Virus record (IMG/VR): IMGVR_UViG_3300032291_003663
Span: 27,060-91,059 of that record
DNA from: a virus
Reading direction: 5' to 3' (one strand)
Length of the DNA: 64,000 nt
Numbering within the stretch: position 1 is the stretch's first letter; each line of letters begins with the position of its first letter. The notes below the pieces were generated by a model. That model saw nothing but the letters and a program-made list of their open reading frames with translations, did not search any database and was not told where the DNA came from. Positions 27,588 through 36,914 of this stretch are shown in pieces. A program made the translations under genes and the position numbers.

Positions 27588-28379
27588 ATGACTGTTACAA
27601 ACAAAAGACAACCAATGGATCTTGTAGAAATACAAGACATCTGTTCAAGTGCATTTACAGCTGTATCTGCACCTAATGTTTCATCTAATTATACTCACAT
27701 TCCAACATCTCAAGTAATTGAAGACATGGTTGAGTTAGGATGGACACCAGTAAGTGCTCAAGAAGTTAGGGCACGTAAAGGTAGAGGATTTCAGAAGCAT
27801 ATTATTCGTTTTCAAAACCAAAACATTACTATTAAGGGTAATGATGGTGATGATGTATTTCCTGAACTGCTATTAACTAATAGTCATGATGGTAAAAACG
27901 CATTTCATCTAAGAGTTGGATTGTATCGTTTAGTATGTTCAAATGGACTTGTAATTGCTGATTCTGAATTTAGTAATGTAGCAATTCGTCATATGGGTTA
28001 TACATTTGAAGCACTTCGTGAACAAGTATTAACCATGATTAACACATTACCTAATCTTGTACAGAAAATTAATACATTTAAAACCACAGCATTGTCAGAC
28101 GAACAAATAATTGAATTTGCACTTAAAGCATCTGAATTGCGTTGGAAAAATAAAAATATAACATTAGATATGGATGAATTAACTAGTTCACAACGTGATC
28201 AAGACAATGATCCAAATCTATGGACGGTATTTAACCGCATCCAGGAAAAATTAGTTAACGGTGGTATCAGTTATACAAATGGAAAGAAAACGCGTAAAGT
28301 AAGAGCTCTTAAGAATTTTACAGCCGACATGCAGTTTAATGGTGAATTATGGCAGCTGGCAGAAGAATATGCTAATTGA
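27588..28379 (+). CDS. DUF932/DUF945 family protein
   Basis: YTHIPT, KHIIRF, LLTNSHDG, GLYRLVCSNGL, LWTVFNRIQE. Confidence 0.9.
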   Translation: MTVTNKRQPMDLVEIQDICSSAFTAVSAPNVSSNYTHIPTSQVIEDMVELGWTPVSAQEVRARKGRGFQKHIIRFQNQNITIKGNDGDDVFPELLLTNSHDGKNAFHLRVGLYRLVCSNGLVIADSEFSNVAIRHMGYTFEALREQVLTMINTLPNLVQKINTFKTTALSDEQIIEFALKASELRWKNKNITLDMDELTSSQRDQDNDPNLWTVFNRIQEKLVNGGISYTNGKKTRKVRALKNFTADMQFNGELWQLAEEYAN

Positions 28380-28396
28380 TGTTGTATTGTTATAAA

Positions 28397-28420
28397 AAGA
28401 GCTCGGGAAACCGAGCTCTT
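28397..28420 (+). terminator. GNRA hairpin overlapping the next promoter
   Basis: AAGAGCTCGG-GAAA-CCGAGCTCTT. Confidence 0.7.
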
Positions 28421-28451
28421 ATCTTTACATTTATGGTATAAATTAAAAATT

Positions 28452-28604
28452 ATGAGTAAAATTAAAGAAGCACTTTTAACAGATAACCACATAAGCCTAA
28501 ACCCAGATATGATTGATGCTGATTATCAATATGAACAGTGGCTAATACAGCAACAGCAAGAAGAAGAATATTATGCATTATTAACTGAACTAAATAATCA
28601 GTAA
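28452..28604 (+). CDS. small acidic protein (50 aa, not in ORF track)
   Basis: MSKIKEALLTDNHISLNPDMIDADYQYEQWLIQQQQEEEYYALLTELNNQ; TAATG coupling. Confidence 0.65.
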   Translation: MSKIKEALLTDNHISLNPDMIDADYQYEQWLIQQQQEEEYYALLTELNNQ

Positions 28605-28813
28605 TGACACCAAGAGAAAAAGCAGAAGAATTATTTGATAAAATGTTATATAATGATGGGAATAGCTATCATCATTGTAGTCATTATGTAGGTAAAAACT
28701 GTGCATTAATAGCAGTGGGTGAAATCGTAAAGGTTATCGGGTATGATCCATTAACATTAGGACAAGCAGAAATATATTGGGAAGAAGTTAAACAAGAAAT
28801 AGAAAAGCTATAA
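28604..28813 (+). CDS. MTPKEKA-family small protein, copy 1
   Basis: MTPREKAEEL...CALIAV...YWEEVKQEIEKL. Confidence 0.8.
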   Translation: MTPREKAEELFDKMLYNDGNSYHHCSHYVGKNCALIAVGEIVKVIGYDPLTLGQAEIYWEEVKQEIEKL

Positions 28814-28869
28814 GTAAAATTGGAGGGGTAAAACAATATTCATATATTTAGACATGAAACTAACCTCTT

Positions 28870-29319
28870 ATGAGCAATATATCTTTATATACTCGCACTC
28901 GTAACTTAACACGGAAGGAATTAGTTATCTATATTAAAGAAGTACTTAATCTGTTACATAAAGAATATCACACCCCATACCATAAGAAAATTAAATTTAA
29001 GATATATAGATATAAAGCACCTAAACGCAAACCAGGTGTTAATGTTTTAAGACGTAATACAAAACATTTTAAAAATATGGCGGATTGGGTTAAAGATGAT
29101 AACTTAATTACTATTCATTTAAAACGAAATAAAACAATAAAATCTTTAACTATATCTTTATTACACGAATATTGCCATTATACTCAAGATATGAATATCT
29201 ACTACGACTTTGCCGACAAATATGGCTACTGGAAAAACCCATACGAGATTCAGGCTGAAGATTTTGCTAGGGCTAATACTGAAAAAGCATTTGAAGAATG
29301 TAAATGGACATTTGTATAA
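28870..29319 (+). CDS. putative zincin metallopeptidase
   Basis: LLHEYCHYTQ...NPYEIQAE. Confidence 0.7.
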   Translation: MSNISLYTRTRNLTRKELVIYIKEVLNLLHKEYHTPYHKKIKFKIYRYKAPKRKPGVNVLRRNTKHFKNMADWVKDDNLITIHLKRNKTIKSLTISLLHEYCHYTQDMNIYYDFADKYGYWKNPYEIQAEDFARANTEKAFEECKWTFV

Positions 29320-29352
29320 TGGTTTTCCCAATATATTTATTTAAAAAATAAA

Positions 29353-29601
29353 ATGACAATGAACATTTATGAACAACTTTTAGAAATCCATGAACAATTA
29401 AGCGATGATGAAATGTGGCTTAATATTTTAGATATTGCTTATGATGAAATAGGAGCAGATAGTATTGATGATCTAATTGAAAAGGCAACTGAAAATGAAG
29501 ATGAAGGGATAATATATAATTTGATTGACGAAGGCGAAAATATTTTGTCGCTGAAAGATTTAGATAATTATATAGATGGAGACGATTTTGACGAATATTA
29601 A
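29353..29601 (+). CDS. very acidic small protein
   Basis: 27 D/E versus 2 K and 0 R in 82 aa. Confidence 0.7.
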   Translation: MTMNIYEQLLEIHEQLSDDEMWLNILDIAYDEIGADSIDDLIEKATENEDEGIIYNLIDEGENILSLKDLDNYIDGDDFDEY

Positions 29602-29621
29602 TCAGTTATAAAAATAAACAA

Positions 29622-29840
29622 ATGGTAGAAATTAATTTACAAAGTGCGTATAACATAGCTAGTCTATTCGGATTTGGTATTTGTATGTATAAGATATACA
29701 AATTAGAAATAATAATTGAGTTACTTAAAACTAACCAATTACTAAGCGCTATGACTAATTTTGTTTTAACTAAAACACTTAAAGATAAAGGTGTAATAGG
29801 AGAAGATGAATTAGAAGCAAAGATTAAGGAAGAATTGTAA
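29622..29840 (+). CDS. small membrane-anchored protein
   Basis: ORF track. Confidence 0.6.
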   Translation: MVEINLQSAYNIASLFGFGICMYKIYKLEIIIELLKTNQLLSAMTNFVLTKTLKDKGVIGEDELEAKIKEEL

Positions 29841-29884
29841 CCATAAAAAGTAGTTATACATTTACTTAAACAAAAATAAAGGTT

Positions 29885-30175
29885 ATGGATAAAAATCTCA
29901 AGTCATTATTGACAAGTTTAGGACTCATTTTGTTATATTACTACGCAACAGTAGGTATAGTTAAACTTATTTGGAACACGGACGATGATTATAAATTTGA
30001 AGGCCGAGTTAAATTTTTAGTTTTATTATCTATTTTGTTTTCTATCATTTACATATTTGGGATATATTACGTTGTTGGATTACACCATGTTGATTCGTTT
30101 TATAAATTTTTTATTGTAGCACAATTGATATATGTTGGTTTAGGTGTTATCTTAAATGCATTAATTAAGAGATAG
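29885..30175 (+). CDS. 3-TM membrane protein
   Basis: Three hydrophobic segments; promoter and TAAAGGTTATG leader. Confidence 0.7.
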   Translation: MDKNLKSLLTSLGLILLYYYATVGIVKLIWNTDDDYKFEGRVKFLVLLSILFSIIYIFGIYYVVGLHHVDSFYKFFIVAQLIYVGLGVILNALIKR

Positions 30176-30226
30176 TTTTGAGAAACCAAGTAATATTCAT
30201 ACATTTACGTTATAAAATTAAAATGT

Positions 30227-30484
30227 ATGAAATTAACATCAACCTTAGACAAAATTACAGAACAAGTATTTGGGGCAAAAACATGTGACGAGGCTAAACA
30301 AATTGTTATTGCTTACCTTAATGAAAGTAAAATTAAAGAAACAGATCGTATTAAAATGATTAATGAAGTTACTAATATGAAGTATCTTTACAAAGTACAA
30401 ATGTATATTGCTAATGCATTATTGAAATATGAAGGATTAGGGGTTGGCAATAAGCCAACCTCTCCTTCTGTTGATGAAAATTAA
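30227..30484 (+). CDS. hypothetical protein
   Basis: Own promoter; ANALLKYEGLGV. Confidence 0.75.
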   Translation: MKLTSTLDKITEQVFGAKTCDEAKQIVIAYLNESKIKETDRIKMINEVTNMKYLYKVQMYIANALLKYEGLGVGNKPTSPSVDEN

Positions 30485-30500
30485 ACGAAATAAATAAGTT

Positions 30501-30716
30501 ATGAAGACAGCAATGCAAGAATTATGGGAGTGGATTGATGCTAATTATCATGAAGATAGTTTTAATCTAAATGATGCAAAGGAAATATCGCTTCAACGAG
30601 AACAAGATACAGCAATAAAATTCCATAGATGGATGTTAAAAAACGACACAGAACAAAACGCAGAAATATATTTTCATTATAGCGATAATGATATGTGGAA
30701 TGAATTTTTAAAATAA
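30501..30716 (+). CDS. KTAMQEL-family small protein
   Basis: N-terminus similar to 42393 and 43294. Confidence 0.7.
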   Translation: MKTAMQELWEWIDANYHEDSFNLNDAKEISLQREQDTAIKFHRWMLKNDTEQNAEIYFHYSDNDMWNEFLK

Positions 30717-30729
30717 AAATAAAATAATC

Positions 30730-30999
30730 ATGGCTGACTTTAGTAAACAATGGTGTGAAATAAATGATCCTGAAATGCTACATGACTTTGATATATTTGA
30801 AGAACATAGCAAACTACAACAAGGATATGGTATTAATTTTATATGTGAAGGGTTTGGTTTTGTAATGATAGCTAAGGGACATAACGATGAAATATTGTTA
30901 GCTGTACCTGATGAAGAAGACCATAATATGGTTATTTGGGTTGATTATGATGATTTTATAAATAAGGAACTAAAAAATCATAGAGAATTTCCTATATAA
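30730..30999 (+). CDS. hypothetical acidic protein
   Basis: MADFSKQWC...ICEGFG. Confidence 0.75.
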   Translation: MADFSKQWCEINDPEMLHDFDIFEEHSKLQQGYGINFICEGFGFVMIAKGHNDEILLAVPDEEDHNMVIWVDYDDFINKELKNHREFPI

Positions 31000-31045
31000 A
31001 CTGAATTTTTGTTTATATATTTACTTAAACAAAAAATTGTAAATT

Positions 31046-31144
31046 ATGGATAAAGTTAAATTAATAACATGGGTTGCTATAATGGCACTTGGTATTGCAC
31101 TTTGGTATTTTATATTTAAGTTAATAACTAACATTCTAAACTAA
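31046..31144 (+). CDS. 32-aa single-TM peptide (not in ORF track)
   Basis: MDKVKLITWVAIMALGIALWYFIFKLITNILN, directly after a promoter copy. Confidence 0.55.
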   Translation: MDKVKLITWVAIMALGIALWYFIFKLITNILN

Positions 31145-31150
31145 AAGGTT

Positions 31151-31561
31151 ATGGACAACAAAGTAACACTTACAGAACAGCTTAAAGCATTTGATGACGG
31201 CCGTATTATTGACAGTAATGGTAGTGAAAATGACTGCTACAATTTTTATGATTGGTTTTGTTCCGACAAGGCTTTAAAAGCCAAATCCGAGAGACTATTT
31301 AGGGCAGTAAAGCGTTGGGTAGAAAAACGCAACACCGATACAGATAAAGTATATGTTTTTTTTAAGAATAATTGTCCTATGAATGGATCATTATATGATG
31401 ATTTTCGTATTTGTGATGTTGAAACGGGGGATGTAGTTTGGACAGTAACACCTAAAAGTGGACATAGTGGATTAGCAGAGATTTGGGGCAGACAAAATGA
31501 ATTTAAGGGAGCAATTATAACGGGAGAGACTATGAATGAAATCTATAGAAGTAATTTTTGA
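31151..31561 (+). CDS. hypothetical protein
   Basis: FYDWFC...FFKNNCP...LYDDFRI; AAAGGTTATG leader. Confidence 0.8.
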   Translation: MDNKVTLTEQLKAFDDGRIIDSNGSENDCYNFYDWFCSDKALKAKSERLFRAVKRWVEKRNTDTDKVYVFFKNNCPMNGSLYDDFRICDVETGDVVWTVTPKSGHSGLAEIWGRQNEFKGAIITGETMNEIYRSNF

Positions 31562-31606
31562 AACTAAATAACGAGCGTATATTCATGTTAACCAAATAAA
31601 TAAAAC

Positions 31607-31948
31607 ATGAAACAAATCGAAGTAAAATTATTAGGTTTAAACGAATTAGGTGTTAAAGAATTAAACGAATACTACAAACACAATATTACAAAGTATGATA
31701 ATTGGCCTCCATTTAAATATGGTCAAACATTAGGTATAACTAGAAAACGTTTCAAACAACCTAAAGCTTTCTATAATAGTGGTTTAAATACATATGTGGG
31801 TAATTTCGATTGTCAACAATTAGTATTAAACGAAGATGGTAGTGAATGTAAATACGGAGGTGGTAACTTCTCATATCAAATAAAGCATTTCAATCATAAG
31901 ATATATGAAATAGAGGTTATAGAAACATTTACAGAAATAAAGCTTTAA
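31607..31948 (+). CDS. hypothetical protein
   Basis: ORF track; own promoter. Confidence 0.7.
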   Translation: MKQIEVKLLGLNELGVKELNEYYKHNITKYDNWPPFKYGQTLGITRKRFKQPKAFYNSGLNTYVGNFDCQQLVLNEDGSECKYGGGNFSYQIKHFNHKIYEIEVIETFTEIKL

Positions 31949-31994
31949 GGCAAGGTAATGTTCGTACATTTATGTTAATTAAAAATTAAAACAT

Positions 31995-32192
31995 ATGGAG
32001 ATTAAACTAACATTTACCGAAACTCTATTACTACAAGAGTCAATAGCAGCTCGTTTACAACTCATACAAAAGTTAATGACAGTATTTAGTGAGAATGAGG
32101 GTACAGAGGAATTAATTAAATACTATAATGGTGAAGTAGATAAGTTAAATGCTTTGCAAATCAAACTAACAATATCACAAGTTATAAGTTAG
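31995..32192 (+). CDS. hypothetical protein
   Basis: ORF track; own promoter. Confidence 0.65.
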   Translation: MEIKLTFTETLLLQESIAARLQLIQKLMTVFSENEGTEELIKYYNGEVDKLNALQIKLTISQVIS

Positions 32193-32317
32193 TTACATAA
32201 TAGTTAACAAAAAATAGCAAAGCTTTCGCAATACAACACCTCAATACAAACATACGTATATACGCTTGGAAATCAAGTAAGTATAGCATATGTATGTTTA
32301 ACTAATAAAAAATAATA

Positions 32318-32503
32318 ATGGAAACGGATTTAAAAAGACTATTGCAAACAGCAACTAATTATGGTAATGAACAAGGATATATTACTCATGATGAGGTATC
32401 AAATTTATGTAATGGCGATGTAGAATTAACCGAATGGGTTGTTAACCATCTTAAAAGATTAAAGAAAAACAACGCAATTCAGTTTGAGCTTGATCTTGTG
32501 TAA
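32318..32503 (+). CDS. stand-alone sigma70 region 1.1-like protein
   Basis: LKRLL....GNEQGYITHDEV versus RpoD R1.1 LKLLVTRGKEQGYLTYAEV. Confidence 0.55.
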   Translation: METDLKRLLQTATNYGNEQGYITHDEVSNLCNGDVELTEWVVNHLKRLKKNNAIQFELDLV

Positions 32504-32547
32504 CCAAGTTTTTATTTGTATATTCATTTAAACAAAAAATAAAGGTT

Positions 32548-32727
32548 ATGACTAAACAAGAAGCATTACAATTAGTACTTGATCAGATTAAGGAATATGG
32601 TTACATTAGTGAGGATGGTATTTTGGATGTGTGTGATGAGGAAATGAAGTTAGTTAGTTTTGTTCATAAGCAGCTAGCGAAAATGGTTGAAAATGGTGAG
32701 TTGAGTGATGATGAATATGGTAAATAA
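32548..32727 (+). CDS. paralog-like neighbour of 32318 (59 aa, not in ORF track)
   Basis: MTKQEALQLVLDQIKEYGYISEDGILDVCDEEMKLVSFVHKQLAKMVENGELSDDEYGK; promoter and TAAAGGTTATG leader. Confidence 0.7.
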   Translation: MTKQEALQLVLDQIKEYGYISEDGILDVCDEEMKLVSFVHKQLAKMVENGELSDDEYGK

Positions 32728-32765
32728 ACCAAATAATTTTTTATACATTTAAATAAATAAAGGTT

Positions 32766-32939
32766 ATGACTCAATTTGAAGAAAACAACCCAGAACAACT
32801 TAAGGAATTTACTCGTCAACTTAGAATACTAATGGATGATTTTCATCCAAACTTATATACAATTGATGGTGTATGGGAAGGTGCCGCTAAAATAGAACAA
32901 GCGATTAAAGAAGTATTAGAAGGAGCCAATAATGGATAA
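32766..32939 (+). CDS. hypothetical protein (57 aa, not in ORF track)
   Basis: MTQFEENNPEQLKEFTRQLRILMDDFHP...; promoter and leader. Confidence 0.7.
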   Translation: MTQFEENNPEQLKEFTRQLRILMDDFHPNLYTIDGVWEGAAKIEQAIKEVLEGANNG

Positions 32940-33114
32940 CTACAACACATCAGGTGATAATTTAGGATTAAGGGTAGTATTGTTTTTAATATTCACAGCA
33001 TTAAAGCTAACACACTACATAGGTTGGAGTTGGATAGCGATAACGTCTCCGTTGTGGATACCTCTAGTTATGATTATATTTTTAGCGTTGATTCACAATA
33101 TTTTCAAGCAATAG
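32932..33114 (+). CDS. small membrane protein (LKLT..I.WSW..I.SPLW family)
   Basis: LKLTHYIGWSWIAITSPLWIP. Confidence 0.75.
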   Translation: MDNYNTSGDNLGLRVVLFLIFTALKLTHYIGWSWIAITSPLWIPLVMIIFLALIHNIFKQ

Positions 33115-33156
33115 GAAACGTAATTTTTGTTTGTACATTTAATTAAATAAATTAAT

Positions 33157-33354
33157 ATGTTAACAGAACATCAAAGTGAATTGTTTAGTAAATTAATAGA
33201 TGCAAGTTGGGAAGCAGACAACACAGCTAATTCACCGCTTACAAGGGATTTGGCGCGCAATGAATTTTGGCGATTAAAGAAAGAATTGATGAATGATATG
33301 GGTACGGAAGCGTACCTTTTGTTTGTGGCACGAGGTAAACAGATGTTTGCTTAG
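33157..33354 (+). CDS. hypothetical protein
   Basis: ORF track; own promoter. Confidence 0.7.
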   Translation: MLTEHQSELFSKLIDASWEADNTANSPLTRDLARNEFWRLKKELMNDMGTEAYLLFVARGKQMFA

Positions 33355-33402
33355 ATGAAACCAAATAATTTTTTTATACATTTAATTAAATAAATAAAGG
33401 TT

Positions 33403-33687
33403 ATGCAAGACATTAAGTATCCAATCGGTTTCGAAATTTTCAAGTTAGAGGAAAATAAAGAAGAGTACACTGTTACAGGTACTATAGCTAAAGCATATCG
33501 ATTTAGAGATTTCGATAGCGCCTATGACCTTGAAAAATACATTCAGAAGCACATAGACTGTTCAGGTATTGATTTCGACTCAGAGTATTGTCAGTTTTTT
33601 GCTTATACTAAAACTATTGAGCGAGCAAAGCAATTTGTTAATGATATAACTGCTTGGGTAGAGAAGGTAAAGGAATTAGTAAGTTAA
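33403..33687 (+). CDS. hypothetical protein
   Basis: IDFDSEYCQFFAY; own promoter and leader. Confidence 0.75.
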   Translation: MQDIKYPIGFEIFKLEENKEEYTVTGTIAKAYRFRDFDSAYDLEKYIQKHIDCSGIDFDSEYCQFFAYTKTIERAKQFVNDITAWVEKVKELVS

Positions 33688-33734
33688 TAATAAGGGCAAA
33701 GTAACAATCATACATTCATATAAATTAATAAGTT

Positions 33735-33947
33735 ATGAAATACGAAATAACAGATCAAGTCACATACAGAACAATATATTTTACTATTGAAGCGGATGAT
33801 GGTAAAGTATATAATGTAAGTGTTGCAGAAGAAAATGAATGGAAAGATAATTGGAGAATAATGGATGAAGATGGTAATGAAATAAATGACAACTCAGAAT
33901 TGTATGATGCCTTAGTTGCGTTATGTAAAGAAAGTATAAGTAAGTAA
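33735..33947 (+). CDS. acidic hypothetical protein
   Basis: ORF track; own promoter. Confidence 0.7.
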   Translation: MKYEITDQVTYRTIYFTIEADDGKVYNVSVAEENEWKDNWRIMDEDGNEINDNSELYDALVALCKESISK

Positions 33948-34000
33948 TTTTTTGTTACCAAACTATTTGTGTATATTTAGTTAAATAAAAAATAAAAGTT

Positions 34001-34192
34001 ATGAAAATTAAAGAAATACAAGACGGAATAGTAAATAACTTAGGGTACTTATATTCAAGTACACCAACATTTGCTTCGGACATACGTAAGTGTACTAGTT
34101 TACTTGAATTAGTAGTAATGTTAGGTCAATACGGATATGATAAACAAGGCGCAATTGGTGTATTAGATGGTGTAATAGTAACTAACGAATAA
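34001..34192 (+). CDS. hypothetical protein
   Basis: ORF track; own promoter. Confidence 0.65.
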   Translation: MKIKEIQDGIVNNLGYLYSSTPTFASDIRKCTSLLELVVMLGQYGYDKQGAIGVLDGVIVTNE

Positions 34193-34209
34193 TTAAATAA
34201 ATAAAGGTT

Positions 34210-34401
34210 ATGGCAAACATGAGTTATTGTAGATTTGAGAACACGCTTAGTGATCTTTTGGATTGTTTTAATAACATGGATAGCGGTGATTTAAGCGCGA
34301 GGGAATTTGCTAAACGCAAACAAATGATTAAAGTATGTATGTCGATTGCTTGCGACTATGCCGATCTTTTAGAAGAAGAATTTGTTGATGACGAAGATTA
34401 A
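34210..34401 (+). CDS. acidic hypothetical protein (MSYCRFENT family)
   Basis: MANMSYCRFENTLSDLLDC. Confidence 0.75.
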   Translation: MANMSYCRFENTLSDLLDCFNNMDSGDLSAREFAKRKQMIKVCMSIACDYADLLEEEFVDDED

Positions 34402-34594
34402 AAACACAACGGTACCTCATGTCGGGGACACAATTGAACTACCTGACGAATCGCTACGTAAAGTAATTAGAGTAGACGATAACGGACTAATTTGGTACGG
34501 ATTGCCATATGGGGTAGGACAAACGATAACGAGCAGTATTGTACGGGTGATTAGAATAAATGGAAATAATATGATAACGAATAACCCAGCATAA
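34388..34594 (+). CDS. hypothetical protein
   Basis: ORF track (ATG start chosen); CpG-rich codons. Confidence 0.5.
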   Translation: MTKIKNTTVPHVGDTIELPDESLRKVIRVDDNGLIWYGLPYGVGQTITSSIVRVIRINGNNMITNNPA

Positions 34595-34599
34595 ATGAA

Positions 34600-35170
34600 T
34601 TTTTTTCTCACGCGTTTTTTTGTTACGGCGATAAAAGCAAACAGAAACATAACGTTACATAGAAGTGATAACACGGGTAAACGTGTGACGACGAACAGTG
34701 ATGAACGGGTAGACGGAAAAACGGGTAAACGGGTAGATAATAGGCTGGATATGTTACGTAAAGAATAACGTAAATACCGTGTGTTTTTTGTTTCGACAAC
34801 GTACACATACGGCGAGAGGTAATTAAAATTTGCGCGCTAATATTAACGATTATGCGCGTTTTTTTGTCGTATGGGTGTAGAGTAAAGTGGGTAAAACAAG
34901 ATATAAGTATATCAAAACATAGGCATATCGGTATTTTTTTATGTGTGGATATGTAATGGTATGTGGAACGCTTTGAGGGTATGGGTATTGTGATATTATG
35001 TTGTGATGCAAATATTCAACCCAACACTACTAAAACACTTCGAACATTTTTGTATATACAACGTTTCATTTTTTGTTTGTTGCTTTTTTGTTGTATTCAT
35101 TTGGAACCGTAGTTTTGTTTTCGTTTTTTATCGTCCGATTATATATTTTTTTTTGTTTTAATTATAAACA
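34600..35170. other. long CpG-rich non-coding block with ACGGGTA[AG]A repeats (candidate origin or genome terminus)
   Basis: Four ACGGGTARA copies in 34673-34740; A-rich half then T-rich half; no credible ORF. Confidence 0.45.
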
Positions 35171-35251
35171 AAATTGGAACCCGAAAAAAACGTCGTATAT
35201 TTAATTGTTAATTTGATTTGATAATATAAATTTTTAAAAACAAAAAAGGTT

Positions 35252-35518
35252 ATGGAAACAATGATTCAAGCAACAGCAGAAACAAAGCAAAGGGGACGTA
35301 AAGTAAACCCGAACAGTGTTCGTCAATTGAAATTTCAAATGAGAGAAACACTTGCAGAACAAGGATTAATGGTTCAACGGGGTAGAAAACCAAACGAAAC
35401 GAGTGCACGTCAACAACGACTTGCAGTGTTTGCAGAACGAATTGCAAACGGAGAAGTTGTTAAACGTGGACGTCCGAAGAAAGTAGCTATTGAAACAACT
35501 TTGTTCATAGCTGAATAG
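35252..35518 (+). CDS. AT-hook-like repeat DNA-binding protein
   Basis: QRGRKVNPNSVRQ / QRGRKPNETSARQ / KRGRPKK. Confidence 0.7.
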   Translation: METMIQATAETKQRGRKVNPNSVRQLKFQMRETLAEQGLMVQRGRKPNETSARQQRLAVFAERIANGEVVKRGRPKKVAIETTLFIAE

Positions 35519-35540
35519 CTGATAATTAGGGGTTATTAGC

Positions 35541-35570
35541 GAGACCTGACTCAAATGAGTTGGGTCTTTT
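35541..35570 (+). terminator. intrinsic terminator
   Basis: GAGACCTGACTC/GAGTTGGGTCTT hairpin followed by T-tract. Confidence 0.75.
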
Positions 35571-35715
35571 CTTGTCTAGGATGTATTTGGGGAACTCAAT
35601 TCTTATAAGTATCTTTATACCAATTTTATTTGTGTCATAGACATAAAGACGTCTTAAGCAGCCTACCTCTGATCTCTTCACCTGTTTCATTAGGCGCCTA
35701 TCCAAATCGATAATG

Positions 35716-35745
35716 TAAACGTACGAACAAGAATTGGGTTTACAA
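35716..35745 (-). promoter_or_regulatory. minus-strand copy of the early promoter
   Basis: Reverse complement TTGTAAACCCAATTCTTGTTCG-TACGTTTA, 22-nt spacing. Confidence 0.6.
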
Positions 35746-35806
35746 ACAAGTTCTCAATTTGAAACCATGTTTTTATCACGTACATTTATGTTATAAAAAT
35801 TATAAT

Positions 35807-35992
35807 ATGGAAAATAAAACACCATTAAACCATAACGGCTACATAGAAGTGATGGGAGACAAATTCGATTATGCTATGGTTTTACTAACAAATGCATGGT
35901 TTGAATGGAAAAATGGACCATTAACAGAAAGTAGTGATATTGAACTAGCAAAGGAAGACATAATAGATCATATTAGGACAATCATTTATTAA
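35807..35992 (+). CDS. hypothetical protein
   Basis: Start moved to the ATG downstream of the promoter at 35759. Confidence 0.7.
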   Translation: MENKTPLNHNGYIEVMGDKFDYAMVLLTNAWFEWKNGPLTESSDIELAKEDIIDHIRTIIY

Positions 35993-36034
35993 CCTAATTA
36001 TGTTGTGTACATTTATGTTATAAAATTAAAAATT

Positions 36035-36190
36035 ATGTATAGTTTAAAATGCAGTTATTACACAAAGCAATTTTCATCAATTGATGAATTAGTTAACGAT
36101 GTTATTGTTAGTGGGATGGATCCCAACTATGAAATTACATTTAACGGTGAAGGTATGGATGAAGAGGTAATTGATTATATCCAGTTCTGA
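36035..36190 (+). CDS. acidic hypothetical protein
   Basis: MYSLKCSYY...SGMDPNYEIT; start moved downstream of the promoter. Confidence 0.7.
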   Translation: MYSLKCSYYTKQFSSIDELVNDVIVSGMDPNYEITFNGEGMDEEVIDYIQF

Positions 36191-36250
36191 TGGTGTTCAT
36201 TTATTAACTCAGTTTTGTTATATACATTTATTTAAATAAAATTATAAATT

Positions 36251-36481
36251 ATGAAAGTAACAGATTTAAAATCGAATTACAGTATTTTTGGAAACAAGGG
36301 TAATGTATGGAACAACACAGCTCACATTTACAAGTCAGGTGAAGGTATATTATGTGGCACACCGGCTCTAAGTAGTAATTGGGCTCGTATTGAAAATGTT
36401 GAACATATAGGATGTCCGACATGTTTAGAAAAGTATAAAAAGGAACAATTGACAGAAGTATTAGGTGCGGCATTTATTTAA
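36251..36481 (+). CDS. small Zn-binding protein
   Basis: AHI...LCG...GCPTC. Confidence 0.75.
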   Translation: MKVTDLKSNYSIFGNKGNVWNNTAHIYKSGEGILCGTPALSSNWARIENVEHIGCPTCLEKYKKEQLTEVLGAAFI

Positions 36482-36543
36482 GATGACATTCCGTTATTAA
36501 CTCGATTTTATTATGTACATTTATTTAAACAAAAATTAAATTT

Positions 36544-36807
36544 ATGAAAGTAAAAGAATTAATGGAACAACTAAGTACATTTGACCCGGAAACAGAGGTA
36601 ATATGTTCGTATGTTGACCACACAGATTACACCTACAAGTTACCAGTTGCTGCTCTTGTTTTAGACAGTCCGTATGATTCGAATGGTTATTCAGGTATTG
36701 ATGGAACAGAAATTGATGAAGATGGTTATGATGACCATTGGGATGAAGAAGGTGAGTATATTGGACCTAATAAAGCATTGGTTATTGTATTGGACGGTGT
36801 AGAATAA
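36544..36807 (+). CDS. acidic hypothetical protein (MKVKELMEQL family)
   Basis: ORF track; own promoter. Confidence 0.75.
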   Translation: MKVKELMEQLSTFDPETEVICSYVDHTDYTYKLPVAALVLDSPYDSNGYSGIDGTEIDEDGYDDHWDEEGEYIGPNKALVIVLDGVE

Positions 36808-36814
36808 AAAAAAT

Positions 36815-36842
36815 TGAAGCGTCTCAGAAATGAGGCGCTTCA
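36815..36842 (+). repeat. hairpin family 1 fused to promoter (other copies 39678-39703, 40641-40665, 40975-40999)
   Basis: GA[AG]GCG[CT]CTC-loop-GAGGCGCTTC immediately followed by ATTT[GA]T[TA]AAC; the 39678 copy is a compensatory variant. Confidence 0.75.
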
Positions 36843-36914
36843 TTTGTTAACCCAATTTCGATTTGTATATTTACACTGTTAAAATAATTTATTAAAAATT
36901 AAAATTTAAAGTTT

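Noticed and set aside
34417-34808. Minus-strand ORFs 34417-34806 and 34623-34808, and 41181-41468
   Set aside because: They arise from stop-poor repeat or GC-rich non-coding DNA, oppose the local gene direction and lack the promoter/leader motif
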